From NCBI GenBank assembly GCA_054600435.1, contig BAAIJX010000021.1:248001-312000 (forward strand): a DNA stretch of 64,000 nt, given 5' to 3'. Below the pieces are notes generated by a model. It ran no database searches and was not told where the DNA came from. It was given only the letters and a program-made list of their open reading frames with translations. This document shows positions 10,274 to 22,277 of the stretch, piece after piece (the stretch's first letter is position 1; each line of letters begins with the position of its first letter). This DNA comes from Neophaeotheca triangularis (taxonomy: Eukaryota). A program made the translations under genes and the position numbers.

Positions 10274-13017
10274 TCACGGCCGCCCAGAGGTACCAGGATT
10301 CTGCATCTGATCGAAAGTGTAAGCAATCAACTCAACCCAACACTCTATCATACAAACAACCTCAGATGTTGGTAAGAAGACGAGGTAAAAATTGAGCAAC
10401 TCACGCAATAATCGAAATTCCTCTCCCCGCCAAACCCATTGCCCCAATACGGCGGAAACGGCACCTCTTTGCCAGACGCGCCGAAGACGGCAAAGGTGAG
10501 GATGAAGACGAGAACCTGCGTGCCCCCGTCCATGGCCGCCGATAGAATGTAATTGTACTTGCGGAACCAGGCCGGTTTGCGCACGCGCAGGTACCATTGG
10601 CTCGTGTAGCCTACGATGAAGTAGGAGAGGACGCTGCTGTTGATGCCGACGCAGAGCCAGCCGGTGAAGTAGGCGAGGATGGCCGTGTTCCAGTGCTAAA
10701 AAAAATTATACGCCGCGAGTGAGTTGCGTGGTTTTTATCTTCTCAAGGGGCTTGGACGGGGCGACTTACATCGAGCCGCAGTTTGGGAAAGTAGCGGTGG
10801 CCCAGCCAGAAAGGCACGGGCAGCGTGAAACCTATGAGGAATGCGTACGCGACCCAGTCGTAGCGTGAGCCGGCTGAGAACATTTCCTTGGCCAGCCCGC
10901 CCCAGGCGATGGCTTGGGAGTTGAAGGATTGCACCGCTTGCCCGGACCAGATGTTGGTGCCTTCGATGGAGAGCAGGATTTCGCGCTGGTTGGTTGTGAT
11001 GCTGTCCATCATGATGTACGACAGAATTGCGCCGACGAGTGTGCCCGTCATTTGCATGGTGAAGGTGCAGCGAGGGCTGAGGTGGGCGTATTGGGCGAAT
11101 TTGAGGTCGCGGAGGAGAAGCTGGCCTTGCACTACTGAGTTGTAGCCGAAGAGGACCTGATGGTGAATGGGAGTATTAGTAGAGGGGGAAGGCGGGGAAG
11201 AGGCTGGAGCTTTTGGGAGGTGGCGACTTACAAAGTACATGTTGGCTACTGGCTTTCCTGGATGCATATATCCTCCGATGAGTTGCATTACCGGCTGGAT
11301 GATGAACTGGAATCCGGTGATTGCATATTGAGCGCCGAAGAAGAGTATACATACGGCTGACAGTAGACAAGCTACTAGGAACCCATACCAAGGCAGGGAG
11401 CTGTTGGCGAGGTAGCAGCATGTGAGCCCGACCGCCACTGAGAAGAGCAAAACAGTTGCGTACCACCAAGAGGGAGCATCTTTGTACGCTAGCATTAGCC
11501 GATAATGGGGGTCGAGGTCCATGTCTTCGCTAGCTACCGATGGGGCGTCCTTGTCGTCGTCCTGCCAGAAACGCCAAGAAGTGCTCTTCCAACTCAACAA
11601 GCTTCTGATGCGCGACCATGAAGTGAAAGACCAGGCGGACTTGAGGTCGTCGTAATTCCAGAGCAGCATGTGAGTAAAGGTTGCCGTTATTGCCAGATTG
11701 CTGCAGAGGAGGTAAGTAAGCCAGGTCCCGGTGAACCAAGGGAGGCCTTGCTGTTGTACCAGGTCCGGCAAGACGGTGTTTCCTGGTCCTAGTATTTCCG
11801 ACTGATTGTATCTGACGTACGCGGTTCCGTTCGACTCTGCCGTGAAGAGCAACTGGGAGAGGAAAGGGAAATCCCGAGAGCTCCAGACATTGCCGTAAAA
11901 CACGCCAGAAAAGACCACGATACATAGGAGATAGCCGACGAGGTTGTTGTTTAGAGTCTGCAGTGGCAGCCACATGGGACTCGCCGAGCCAACAATGTAC
12001 TGCCAGTCAAGACAGATGGAGAGGAACCCCAACCCTTCGTTTCCATTTGTCCCGCCGAAGATGTTGGTGAAGACAAGGCTGTCCCGTTTTGCCAGACAGA
12101 AGAAGCTGATTCCGATCAAGACGGGCATGACATACTGCGGAAGCATCTCCCAGAAGAAAAGCATGAAGAATGCAATATAGAAGACTCGGAGCTGTCTCTT
12201 CGTTTCGTCCTTGTCCCTGTGCAAAGTCTCTAGCAGAGTGTTCAGCGGCAGATTGATAGGGTATAGCATCTTTGTGGGATGGACCAAAATACTTCTGAGC
12301 AGCCCTGCAATGCCGTACCCCAGACACTGGCTCGAGATCATGAGTAAAATGCCAACTCCGGCATTGGGCGCTTGGCCATACCAGAGCTTCTGTACTGCCA
12401 GCACCTCGACAGCTATAGGGGCGTTTGCAGCGGACGCTGCCATGATGACGATGGCGGCATGCTCTTTCTGGTTGAACGGATGAGGATTGAGCCAGCGGCC
12501 GATGAGTCCTCGACGGGGAATTGTCAATGCCAGAAACTCTCCGATCACATAGCCCACGACGGCCAGGAAGACAGCGGAGACTGCCACGGTTTGCGGCTTG
12601 AATTGGTAGATGGTGGCGAGCGCGCCGCCGAAGCAGCTGAGTCCCAAGCCCGTGAACCAGACCCGAAACGTCCATGGATTCAGCGTAGGATCGTCCTGCT
12701 AAACGGTCAGTGAAGAAGCGGTCAGTCAGTATGGTCGTACTCACCTCTACATGCAGCACCTCAGTCACTAGGTCTCTCGCAGTCTCCACGGGAAGGATGT
12801 CGTGCTTTCCACCCTGCTCAGTGTCCAGCGGGTACCAGGGCCGAGCCTGAGCATATTCGGTGCCGCCTACAATCGCCGTTGTGCCGTCGTTTGCTGAGTG
12901 TTGGACCACACGACTAGACGCTCTCTTCTTGCTTTCACGTACACTCTGTCCGTCGTCGAGGTGTGAGATACTATAGTCACTGTCTGCCCGTGAGGAAGCA
13001 GGACGGTGCGTGGCCAT
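10274..13017 (-). CDS. OPT-family oligopeptide transporter (introns 12696-12744, 11157-11231, 10696-10769, probably 10307-10404)
   Basis: Spliced motifs DDPTLNPWTFRVW, NPHPFNQKEH, DWQYI, YKDAPSWWY, KPVANMYF, DLKFAQYAH, KYNYILSAAMDGG and many hydrophobic segments. The last intron and terminal exon (MQNPGTSGRP*) are less certain; the unspliced alternative stops at 10348. Confidence 0.92.
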
Positions 13018-14006
13018 GTCGCTTCGTGTACCAGGGTGAAACCAAGTGCCACGAGTGGGAGCAAGGAGCTTGGTTGAAAGGGAATAGAGACCTCTCACAG
13101 AGTCGCACCTACCTTCGCGAAGCCGCAGCTTTTTGAACGACGAGCTGACGCTCTGTCACACCTGAGTATCGGCAGACAAGCCACGATGTCCGCCTTCTTG
13201 GTGAGGTTGCCCGACGGTGGTGTTACACTTGGAGCATGCTCGAGCAGGAGATCATCTGTACGCTAGCTCCCAATAAAGATACCGCGTCGCACGCAAAGGC
13301 AGCTTGGCTGGTTGACGTGCTTTTGTTGGCTACACGATGCCGTGTCTGGCCATCGAGGAAACTCAATCAACTTGAGCAGGTCGCATGCGCTGCCCGACAG
13401 ATCGGAAACTCAAGGCAGTCGTGAAGACAGTCTTTCCTCGGTAGAGCACATGTTCTTCTAGCCAAAACCAATTCTTGCATGCCGAGCTGGCAGTAAAGGC
13501 TCTTTGTGCAAAATTCTCGGGATCCTTGAATAGCTCGTCCATGTTGGATAACAGGTGCTCGTTCCTGTGTTGCCTGTCAGTCGTTCGGAGTGCGAGCGTC
13601 CAAAAGCCATCGTGCCAACGCTATCGAACGTCCGGTGTCCATGTTCCTCTGGTCGTGAGGCTGAGGCTTCGTTCGAGGCTCCACGCTTGCGGTCTTTCCT
13701 GCAGAAGAGAAATTGGTCACGAAACCCGAATCACCGAGATGTTCCTAGCACAGCGTCCATGCCAGTAGCCTCTCCGATGAGGGGACAGCATCAAGCAAAG
13801 CGTCATCCCACCCGTAACCGCAAGCCCGAAGATTGGGTTAAAAGAGTACCCTCAAGCGGGGTGAGGTTGTACGAAACACCTTGGCGCAAGCACAAGCATT
13901 CATAAAAGACTTTAATGCTACATTTGTGTAAGCCCCCCAAGTCTCTTCGCTCTAGCTTTCCTCCTCTGGATCGTTCGACGTGCTCGTTTCGGCTTTGGCC
14001 TCCCGC

Positions 14007-14632
14007 TTAGCCTGACCACTCTTGTGCATCCATGTCCCTCATCACCTGACCAAGATAGAGACCATCATCGTCCTCCGCACCTTGACCACGGTAGCAACGG
14101 GTCACACCATCTCTCTCAACGTACCTTAGGTTTCGTCCCCATCCCCGTATGGCTGCAAGCCAACCACCAAATTTTCCAGCGGACCTGCATTCATCATCTC
14201 CTCGACCTCATCGTTAGTGTCAACGTATTGAGTGTAGAAATCGTACTGGATTGCGTCAACTGCTGCTTTGGGTGATCGCGCTCCAAGTTTTGCGTGGTAT
14301 TCCTCCTTGACAAGATGCAGACAGAGCTTGCCGTCGTTCTCGATAGCCAAGTAAGCATGACCGACGAGGCGACTGACGGCGGGAGTCAAATTAATTGGCT
14401 TGCGAAGATCGTCGGCGAGCTCTAGGAGGAACTTGCGGGCGACTACCGCTTGCTCATTGAGGTCGAATGGGTAGAAAGGTGCAATGTTCTTGATGCGGCC
14501 AGCCAGAGGGGCTCCGAACTGTTCGCGGTAGACGTCACGGAGTTGTTTGACCAGGCTCTTGTGAGGCGCTTTTGCCTTTTCTCCTTCGCCCTCGTTGAAC
14601 ATGTTCTCTTCTTGGAAACGGGTGATGACTCA
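14007..14632 (-). pseudogene. Truncated ClpA/ClpB-like AAA+ ATPase C-terminal fragment
   Basis: FGAPLAGRIKNIAPFYPF...EEYHAKLGARS resembles the D2-small/sensor-2 (GAR) region. An in-frame TGA at 14630-14632 sits just upstream, no Walker A/B is seen, and a plausible tail continues in a shifted frame after the TAA at 14126. Confidence 0.6.
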
Positions 14633-15097
14633 GAGGGGAGCAATTGCCTTAAGTAATCTGCGGTCATTGTCCGGTCCAGTGATCGCCGTAGGCAGGTTGA
14701 CGTGTGGAAGGCGAAGATCCTCTGTAGGTGTCTTTTTCTTTGGCATCGTGACTGACTTTGAGGAAATCAGATGAAGTAGTGCACAAGTTACTGTCCTAGC
14801 AATAGAGGACTGATACTTTCCCAAGCGACACCGCTATATGTATTTTCGGATTGCGTCAAAGGTTCGCACTTCTTTGTGTTCTGCTCAGCAACACATCATG
14901 CTTTTGTTCAGACTAATCATTGCTGCAAAGCAGGATGTCGGAAGCTCAAAGTGATAGATGAGCGATCTTGCATCTCACGATGTCTCATCTTCAGCATGTA
15001 GCAGTTGGAACGTAAATGGCGAGTCTCAAGGCGCCCGCGGGCATCAAGGTTAGACATGAACCTCGACCAGCTGATCTGCTCGTAGTCCTGAGGATAT

Positions 15098-16438
15098 TCA
15101 ATACTCTTCCCTGAAAACCATCATCTTCTCTCGGCCACTATCATCAATCCATACCCGGAACAGTCCACCACAGTTGAAATCAGCTACGACTTTCCCTGCG
15201 CCATTCGAGAAGTCGATGCCGATCATGCCCCCTTCACCTTCTCCCGTCTTGTGCCAGCGATCCTCAGCAGATTGTTGTAGCATGCCGTGCGGACCAACCA
15301 CAGCCGTGACTGCAGCCTGTAACGGTGCCAGACCAACTTGAGCTTCCGGTCCTGGAGAAAAGCGGGCCATAGCAGCAGCTGTGCGGGCTGCGCTCAAACG
15401 GAGGAAGGAATCGCCATTGCCTGTACCACCCACGGCAACGGCACGAAGAGATCGAGACCCATAAGGGGTGTCATGCTGGCCGTCCTGGATCAGCGGAGTG
15501 TAATTCGAAAAAAAGGGCATGCAAGCATTGACCAGTGATTTTACCACTGGCGGCATCGAGAAAATTGGTGTTAAAGGTATTGAGGTTGAAGGTGCATGCC
15601 ACTCCTCCGCCCAGAAGCCGGCCCCGAGTGTAGGCGTATCGCCAATTCGGCCGGGTAATTTATTGGTTATACCGCCAGTGGACGTGGCTACGCATAAAGT
15701 GCCACTGCTGTCAAGCACTACGCAACCTACGGTTCCTTGGGGTAGATAATCGCGTCCAGACCAGCTGGGATCATCCGAGGCATGTAGTTGCGAAGCGACG
15801 TTCTCTTCTTGGCAGGCTTCGCGCGGAGTAGATGGGGTGCAATCAAGGCACTTTAGCAAACCTCTATGCTTCTCGTACGTTTCGTGGTCTGTCGACTTTC
15901 CGAGCGCTTTTCTGTGCTCGTCCCAGCGCCGCTTCGTCCAAAAGTAGCCAGGAGGAACCGTCTTCAAACCCCAAGAAACTGCAAGTTTGTCGCAAGTCTC
16001 TCCCTCTAGCTGCACATGGCTTTGCGCACCACCGCCATTTTCCTCTTCACCCCTTAGCAACATTTCTTTTGCTAACAAGATTGGGTTTTTCGCTTTCCGC
16101 ACTTTCATAACTCCGACACCTCTCTTCTGGTACCCTCGGCTGACCATGATGGAAGCTTCAAGTTCGTGAGTCTCGTCTCGAGTAAAGACAGCGCCGTGAC
16201 CGGAGTTAAACAGCGCATTGTTCTCCAAGAGCGTGACAGCATGAGCTGCCGTATCTAACGCTGTTGCTCCAGGCTGTGATAAGCGACCGCACGATTCTCG
16301 TAAGATTGACAGAAGGGCCGAGCGGTAAGTATTGTAAGCATCTGGTGGCAAGTTGTCTCGAGTAATGTTGCCAGCACCGCCGTGAATAATGATACGCGGA
16401 GTGACTGCGTGCTTGGAGGCACTGTCGTTTCCGTACAT
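15098..16438 (-). CDS. Isoaspartyl peptidase/L-asparaginase (type 2, Ntn-hydrolase)
   Basis: IIIHGGAG, LENNALFNSGHG, ELEASIM, autocleavage site QG/TVGCV, ATSTGG, GRIGDTP, GTGNGDSF and GEGGMI. The ATG at 16438 is preferred over the GTG at 16570. Confidence 0.92.
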   Translation of the reverse strand: MYGNDSASKHAVTPRIIIHGGAGNITRDNLPPDAYNTYRSALLSILRESCGRLSQPGATALDTAAHAVTLLENNALFNSGHGAVFTRDETHELEASIMVSRGYQKRGVGVMKVRKAKNPILLAKEMLLRGEEENGGGAQSHVQLEGETCDKLAVSWGLKTVPPGYFWTKRRWDEHRKALGKSTDHETYEKHRGLLKCLDCTPSTPREACQEENVASQLHASDDPSWSGRDYLPQGTVGCVVLDSSGTLCVATSTGGITNKLPGRIGDTPTLGAGFWAEEWHAPSTSIPLTPIFSMPPVVKSLVNACMPFFSNYTPLIQDGQHDTPYGSRSLRAVAVGGTGNGDSFLRLSAARTAAAMARFSPGPEAQVGLAPLQAAVTAVVGPHGMLQQSAEDRWHKTGEGEGGMIGIDFSNGAGKVVADFNCGGLFRVWIDDSGREKMMVFREEY

Positions 16439-16786
16439 AGTGCCTTGATGGGAAGGGCGTGGCTGTAGGAGTGGGAAGAATGGATCGAAAGGAAGAAGGC
16501 GAGATAGGGAGCGAAAATGAAAATTTATACCACCTTGTAGTATTGCGAGGATCTCACGACTGTTTCTCACCAGTGTGACAGGAAGAGGCGAAGTAGAAGT
16601 AACCTGACCTGGAGGACTCCGATGGCGCTTGATAGAAGCCTACCTTCCTAATTCGGTTGGACCGAGGCCCAAGCTCTCTAACCACCTCATCTTAACTTTG
16701 TGTCGGAAAATAAGGAGGCAATAACTGCATCGTGACAACATATACACCGTACAGGAAATTATCAAGGTATCCGACATCAATCCCCT

Positions 16787-18448
16787 TTACGCCTTGAAGG
16801 TCTTGTTGACTTTGGCATCCTGAGAAGCGTCGACGGTGAAATTGGTCGTGCCAAGGTCCTTGTTGCCCGGCACAATGTAATTCTTCGTCTTGGGAAGGTT
16901 GTCCACGAATGTCTGATCGACGTTGAGGGTATCCTTGACAACTTGCTGAGGCGTCAGTCCCAACCACTGGCTTGCGCTGATGTCACTGTATCGCGGAGCC
17001 TGGAGGATTTCCATGTACACGACGGGCTCAGAACCCGTGTTCTCCACGTAGTGCGAGTCGGCCACTGGAACATAGCCGACATCTCCCTCTTGGAAATCGA
17101 ATGTGCGCGAGGCCGAGGGACCTTCGAAGACGGTCACACGACCCTGGCCACGTAGGAAGAAGTTCCACTCATCAGAGGTCAGGTGCCAGTGAATCTCGCG
17201 CATCGCACCCGGCTCAATGGTGAAAAGGCCCATGCTGTAGTTGTTGGCAATCGGGAACGTGGTGGGGTCAACAAGCTTGACTGAACCACCGGGTACCATA
17301 AGAGGTTCTTGAGCAGAAAGATGGTATGCCATTGACTCGTTGAGAGGCATCTCGCCAGCAGGACCCATGGCTTGCTGACGAGCCTCTTCGAGGGTGAGAT
17401 CGTCGCGCGTGCCGGTGAAAATGTACCTCTCATCCTGAGGGATGTTGTCGAATGCACTGACGTCGGTCTGGAAGTTCTTGGCCAAAACCTCTTTCGGGTT
17501 GCGCAAGAAGAGCTCGCTGACGAGATCGGTACCATCTTCGGAGAAAGTACCTTGGTTGAAGACCAGAAGAAATTCAACGCCATCAGGCGTGGCTTGAATA
17601 TTGTGGGGGACGCCAGCGGGGAAGAACCAGAGGTCGCCAGCAACGACATCGTCCACGAAAGTCTGACCGTTCTGGTTGACGGCAGAGATCCGGGCGCCAC
17701 CGGTCATAATGTAAGCCCACTCGTTGGCCGAGTGCCAGTGAAGTTCCCTGTAGGCGTTGGGTCCAAGTCTCATATCGACGCCCGCCATCGCCTGAGCAAC
17801 TGGCATCTGCTCGACGTTCTGCTGCCGAGCCCAACCAGATTGCATCCCGCCAGTGCCTGGCCTTGCGCTCGAAAGCCCCATGGGCCATTTGGCGTTGGGT
17901 ACGTCTCCGGAATCGGTACCAGGGCGGGCAAACAGGTCGCTGTTTTGCCTGTCGATTGCTCGGTTTCCTAAGATGCATTAGCTTTAAAGCCCGTATTGAT
18001 TCTCGAAGCACCTGTACTAACTCGGTCCAGGATCGGTTGCACCCTCGTTGCCACGAATGGGCTGCGGGTTCTCAGACTCGGTGAAGTCAAGGTACAGTCC
18101 CAAGTCTGGATCTTCCTTTTGGCCATCGACCAACTCATAGTCTCCCACGTACTGCTCAGAGTCCCCTGTCTGAAGAGGCTCCCCGCCGAGCTCTATGGGT
18201 GTGGCATCAGAGCCTTGGTTGCCCAACAAATTATCGCCGTAGATGCTGCCTTCCGCACCAGGTGGAGGGACGGGCTCGTACTTGATAGCGGAGTTGTCGA
18301 TCTGCGGCCCGTTCGGAAGGCCCTTAATTTGCCTCTTGCGGATGACCTCTTCACCACTACGGGAACGGGTAGGAGCCGGGGCTGACAGGACAGTCACCAG
18401 CTGGGATGCTGCGAGGACGCTGCTGGCAAGGCTGAAAGTGTACTTCAT
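16787..18448 (-). CDS. oxdC: Secreted bicupin oxalate decarboxylase (intron 17968-18021)
   Basis: Signal peptide MKYTFSLASSVLAASQLVTVLSAP. Two Mn-binding cupin motifs (RELHWHSANEW...PH and REIHWHLTSDEW...SH) and the lid segment FSEDGT. The intron GTTAGT..CTAAT..TAG joins the two track ORFs in frame. Confidence 0.92.
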
Positions 18449-19914
18449 GATTGTAAGTTTTGAGGGAGATGGGAGAGAAAGAAGAAGGGCGGTAGCTTGG
18501 AGAATGAGAACATCATATATATACCTAAACGCTGGCAACAGTGGTCTTCTCCCAAGGACCGATCCTCTCCAAGATCTCCTGGTCACCAGGAGATTTGGAG
18601 ACTAAGACGTCGTAATCTGACATCACGAGCCATGGATACTTTCGAAGTGCGCATTCGCTCAACGCTCATCTCAACTCAGGCTTCATGCTACACTACCATC
18701 CCTGGTGGAGCGTGGTGGATAAATCGGGACGTCGGCACTTCGACCACCTCGACATCATTGCCTGCAGCCTACATCGCTAAGGCTTTTCTCCCACTGGGGT
18801 ACTCCGAGCTTCGCAAGCTTGGCATGGCTTGTGTCCTATGCTAGCCCTGAACTTGTGGAGCCTTTTCCGTGTCGATCACCCGCCGGGAGGTCTCCAAACG
18901 TGAAATGTTAAGTGTAACAACGACTCTGACCCAACGTCGATCGTTCAAAACGAGCGCCCGCCCCTTGAGAACTAAATTCTCCAGGGCTCACTTGCGTCGA
19001 CACGTGCGCGTTTCCACGCAAGTGGCGTGAACGGTGACCGGCATAATCTTCCACCTTAACTCCGTAAGGCTGACAAGAACGGCGCTCCAGACGGGTAAGG
19101 CTAGCCATAAAGTTCAACTAACAAAGACAAACACTTGCAAGTCGCCTCAACCCCTCCCCTCTGAAACCGATTCTCCGAGCCCACCGCTCGCTCTATTGTA
19201 GAGTCCTACCCATTGATAAAGACGCCCTACGTAATCTACGGCTGGACTGTGTCCCATTGGATGGCATACAGGGCACGAAGCCCTATAACACGCCGATCGC
19301 TCCACCAAACATTCAAAGCGGCACTCCAGCCCGTTTGATCAAGGTAGAATCCCGGGCATTTTCCAGTCCAGCAGCATACAAACTTCCATTTCGATCGTCC
19401 GTTATAAGCGCCTACGTTCGGTTGCCTTCAAATGCCGACCTAGCTTGCGCGGATTGATTGCGGATGACGCCTCTCATGAAGGGGGAGCCAGATATGGAAT
19501 ACAGTGACATCTTCACCTCTGGATGTTTCAGGACCGGGTCAGCTGAGAGGCCCCTCTTCGATCATTACAAAAAAGTCCTCCGAGCTTCACCTTGTTACCC
19601 AGCTGCTGTCCAGACCCACCGCTTCTGGTCTCTGTTCAAACGCCCTTTTTGATTCTCAGAACCCAGCACGATGACCCGATCCTGCAGAGAAAGTCAAAAA
19701 GTGGCGTACTCTCCGACGGTATCGTAGGCCACTACAGCCCAAAAGACTCGAGTCCCGGTGTCAAGCAAGATCACTCAGCTGCATTCTGTCTCGATAAAGT
19801 AGATGCGGATATAAGTTATACCCCGGGCCATTCGTGGTACTTGTACTCCTCGCCAGTCATAAGCTTGACTCCAACCTCGCAAGCCGACTGTTCAAGATCT
19901 GCCTGGACTCAACA

Positions 19915-21600
19915 TTACAGCTCCTGCATAACAACCCGAGGCGCCTCCTCCATGGTCAAATTAACACCCCAAGCCGGTAACTCAACTCTTCCCTCTCCCC
20001 AAAAGACAATTTCATTCACAGGCATCCCAGCGTAGCTAAGAATATCCCAATTACCGATGCAGAAGTCTTCCCAGGGCTCAGTTCTCGCTCCAGACTTGTC
20101 TTGCACGGCCAGAATCCGCCAAATCTCGCCCTTCTGTTCCTCCTCGTTCTTGTAAAGCAATGTAGGCACCAGCTGTGCGTGCCAAGGGAGCGAAGTGTCA
20201 ATCTCTCCCAGTAAAGGGAGGACGGCATGTAAAACGTCCGTAGAGTTTGAGACGAACTCGGTCATGGCCAGGCCCGTGGAAGAATGGGTTGCCAAAGTCA
20301 GCGATGACTTAAGCTGGCTGCCTTCAGTGGGCGTATAGACTCCGTCATGATGACCAGAGACATGCGTCCAGACTGCTTCTTCGGCCACTGGAAGTAACGC
20401 TTCCGTGACGATGGAGACGATCTTCTGTACCAACACTTGATCGCCGGCAACTAGGACTGAGAAGCCAAGGCCGTATTCGGGCATCATCACAATCCTCGAA
20501 AAGTAGCTTGGCAAAGCCCCCGACTTTGTCACGAATGTTACAGGGCGTCTAGTATTCGGCAGAAGGTTCTCGGACCTGTAAATTTCGAAAGGCATGCCGT
20601 AAGTCGACCCGCTCGCCGACCAACTAGCCGGCTGAAACCAGTTCACCCCAGTGGCGATTCCGTTATAGTGGGTCAAAATGTATCTCGAGAATGTGCTCAT
20701 ATCGCTGGAGCTGGCGTACAACCCGCCAGTAGGCCGTTGCACGCCCTCATCGACATCCCACCAATTCTCTCCTAAAGTCAGCACTGCATGTTCATCATCT
20801 GGCTTCTCTAGTGACGCAAAGTCAAGACCCAAAGGTTCCAAGATTGCCGTTTCGATGTAGCGACTGTAGTTCATCCCCGTCACGTTCTCGAGCACGAGCC
20901 CCAGCAACGAGAAGGCCACGTTGGAATAGGTGCTCTTCTGGTTCGGCGCAAAGACCGGCTTGCTCTTTTTCGCAGATTGCAAAAGATCTTTGCTAGTGCA
21001 GGGCGTCTCGCTGTTCACGCAGTGTGGCAGGCTACTTCTGTCTGCAGGTGGGAATCCCCATTTCGTTGGGTCGGGTGTGGCAAGAGCGTCGGTCAGATCA
21101 AAGTCCCGAGGAATACCTGAGAGCTGGCTTGCCATGCTTCGGATGGTGATGTCATGCCATGGTATCTCTCCTGCGTCGTCTGCGGCCAGCTCGGGGATGT
21201 AGTCCTTTACGGGGTCGTCGAGGCTGAGATTGCCGGCTCGCTGTTGGTATAGGATTCCCAGGACAGTAAAAACTTTGCTGATGGAAGCGATACGGTACAC
21301 GCTTTGGCTGTCTACTACAGATTTCCCAGGGCGCGTGGTGTTTCGCTCGCGAGCGGTGTGATGACTGGTCCAGAGCGTGGCACTCTGGGAAGTTACTTCC
21401 ACGGAGAGCGAAGAAGTGTTGTAAGCTTCTTCGCTTATCAAGGTCTTTAACCGCTTCTCAATAGATTCAAATGCAGTACTCAAGGTCTTGATGCCGTGTT
21501 CCCATTGAGGGACATGAAAGGCCGGGGTTGGGTTGAAGCAAACCGAATGAATCAAAGTCGTACAGGAGCACAGTAGAAGTGCTGTCACTGTAGTGAGCAT
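19915..21600 (-). CDS. Secreted beta-lactamase/transpeptidase-like serine hydrolase
   Basis: Hydrophobic signal peptide, RIASISK (SxxK), LDDPV, YSN (YxN), GGLYASSSDM and KSG triad. Confidence 0.9.
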   Translation of the reverse strand: MLTTVTALLLCSCTTLIHSVCFNPTPAFHVPQWEHGIKTLSTAFESIEKRLKTLISEEAYNTSSLSVEVTSQSATLWTSHHTARERNTTRPGKSVVDSQSVYRIASISKVFTVLGILYQQRAGNLSLDDPVKDYIPELAADDAGEIPWHDITIRSMASQLSGIPRDFDLTDALATPDPTKWGFPPADRSSLPHCVNSETPCTSKDLLQSAKKSKPVFAPNQKSTYSNVAFSLLGLVLENVTGMNYSRYIETAILEPLGLDFASLEKPDDEHAVLTLGENWWDVDEGVQRPTGGLYASSSDMSTFSRYILTHYNGIATGVNWFQPASWSASGSTYGMPFEIYRSENLLPNTRRPVTFVTKSGALPSYFSRIVMMPEYGLGFSVLVAGDQVLVQKIVSIVTEALLPVAEEAVWTHVSGHHDGVYTPTEGSQLKSSLTLATHSSTGLAMTEFVSNSTDVLHAVLPLLGEIDTSLPWHAQLVPTLLYKNEEEQKGEIWRILAVQDKSGARTEPWEDFCIGNWDILSYAGMPVNEIVFWGEGRVELPAWGVNLTMEEAPRVVMQEL

Positions 21601-22277
21601 CTTGAGCCAAAGCCAAAGAGTAGAATGAGCAATGAGATGATAGCCTCAGGTCTGCTGCTTGGACTTGATGACTTATGTCGACGTTGGTATCGGGTTTGCG
21701 GTAAGGGTACCCTGGGTACATATTGTATTGTTATACAGGTGGGAGCTCACCCCGCTTTTCTCGTAACCTTGTGCTCTTTTGCAGAAGCGAATGCGCGACG
21801 ACATGCTTTGACAGCGTGCCAATTGATCAGATTGGCGCTGATAGACTCGGAGGATCCTCGCACGCTGCTGGAAGAGTTGACTGGGTGGCTGGAATCCTAG
21901 TGAGAGTGCTAGCTTCCACAAAGGAACACATCTCGGTGTCAAATGTTTGCATCTGCCAACACTGTAGCTGTGCTGGATGGAATGATCCGGCGGCGCAAGT
22001 GCGAGAAGCAAGTCTTGGTTGGACGGGAAGGGGTCAAGCTGAGCATTGCTGTACTGGAAATACAAGTATCCGAATCCTAACGCTTAGAAGCTCATCGGCT
22101 ACCCATAAGCACACCTTTTGAACGCCAGTGACCCACGCTGCTCTGAAATTGCATTTGTTGACAAGCGAGCCCATTCCGCAAATTGACAGTACGAAAGGCT
22201 TACCGTTCTTAACCTCCATCCCAAGTCATGCCCATCGTGCCTCATCGCATATCCGCCCCACATCATCGAGCCGCCTT

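Noticed and set aside
12007..13098. 363-aa ORF overlapping the OPT gene
   Set aside because: Its middle part is OPT exon 1; the remainder is out-of-frame read-through across intron 1.
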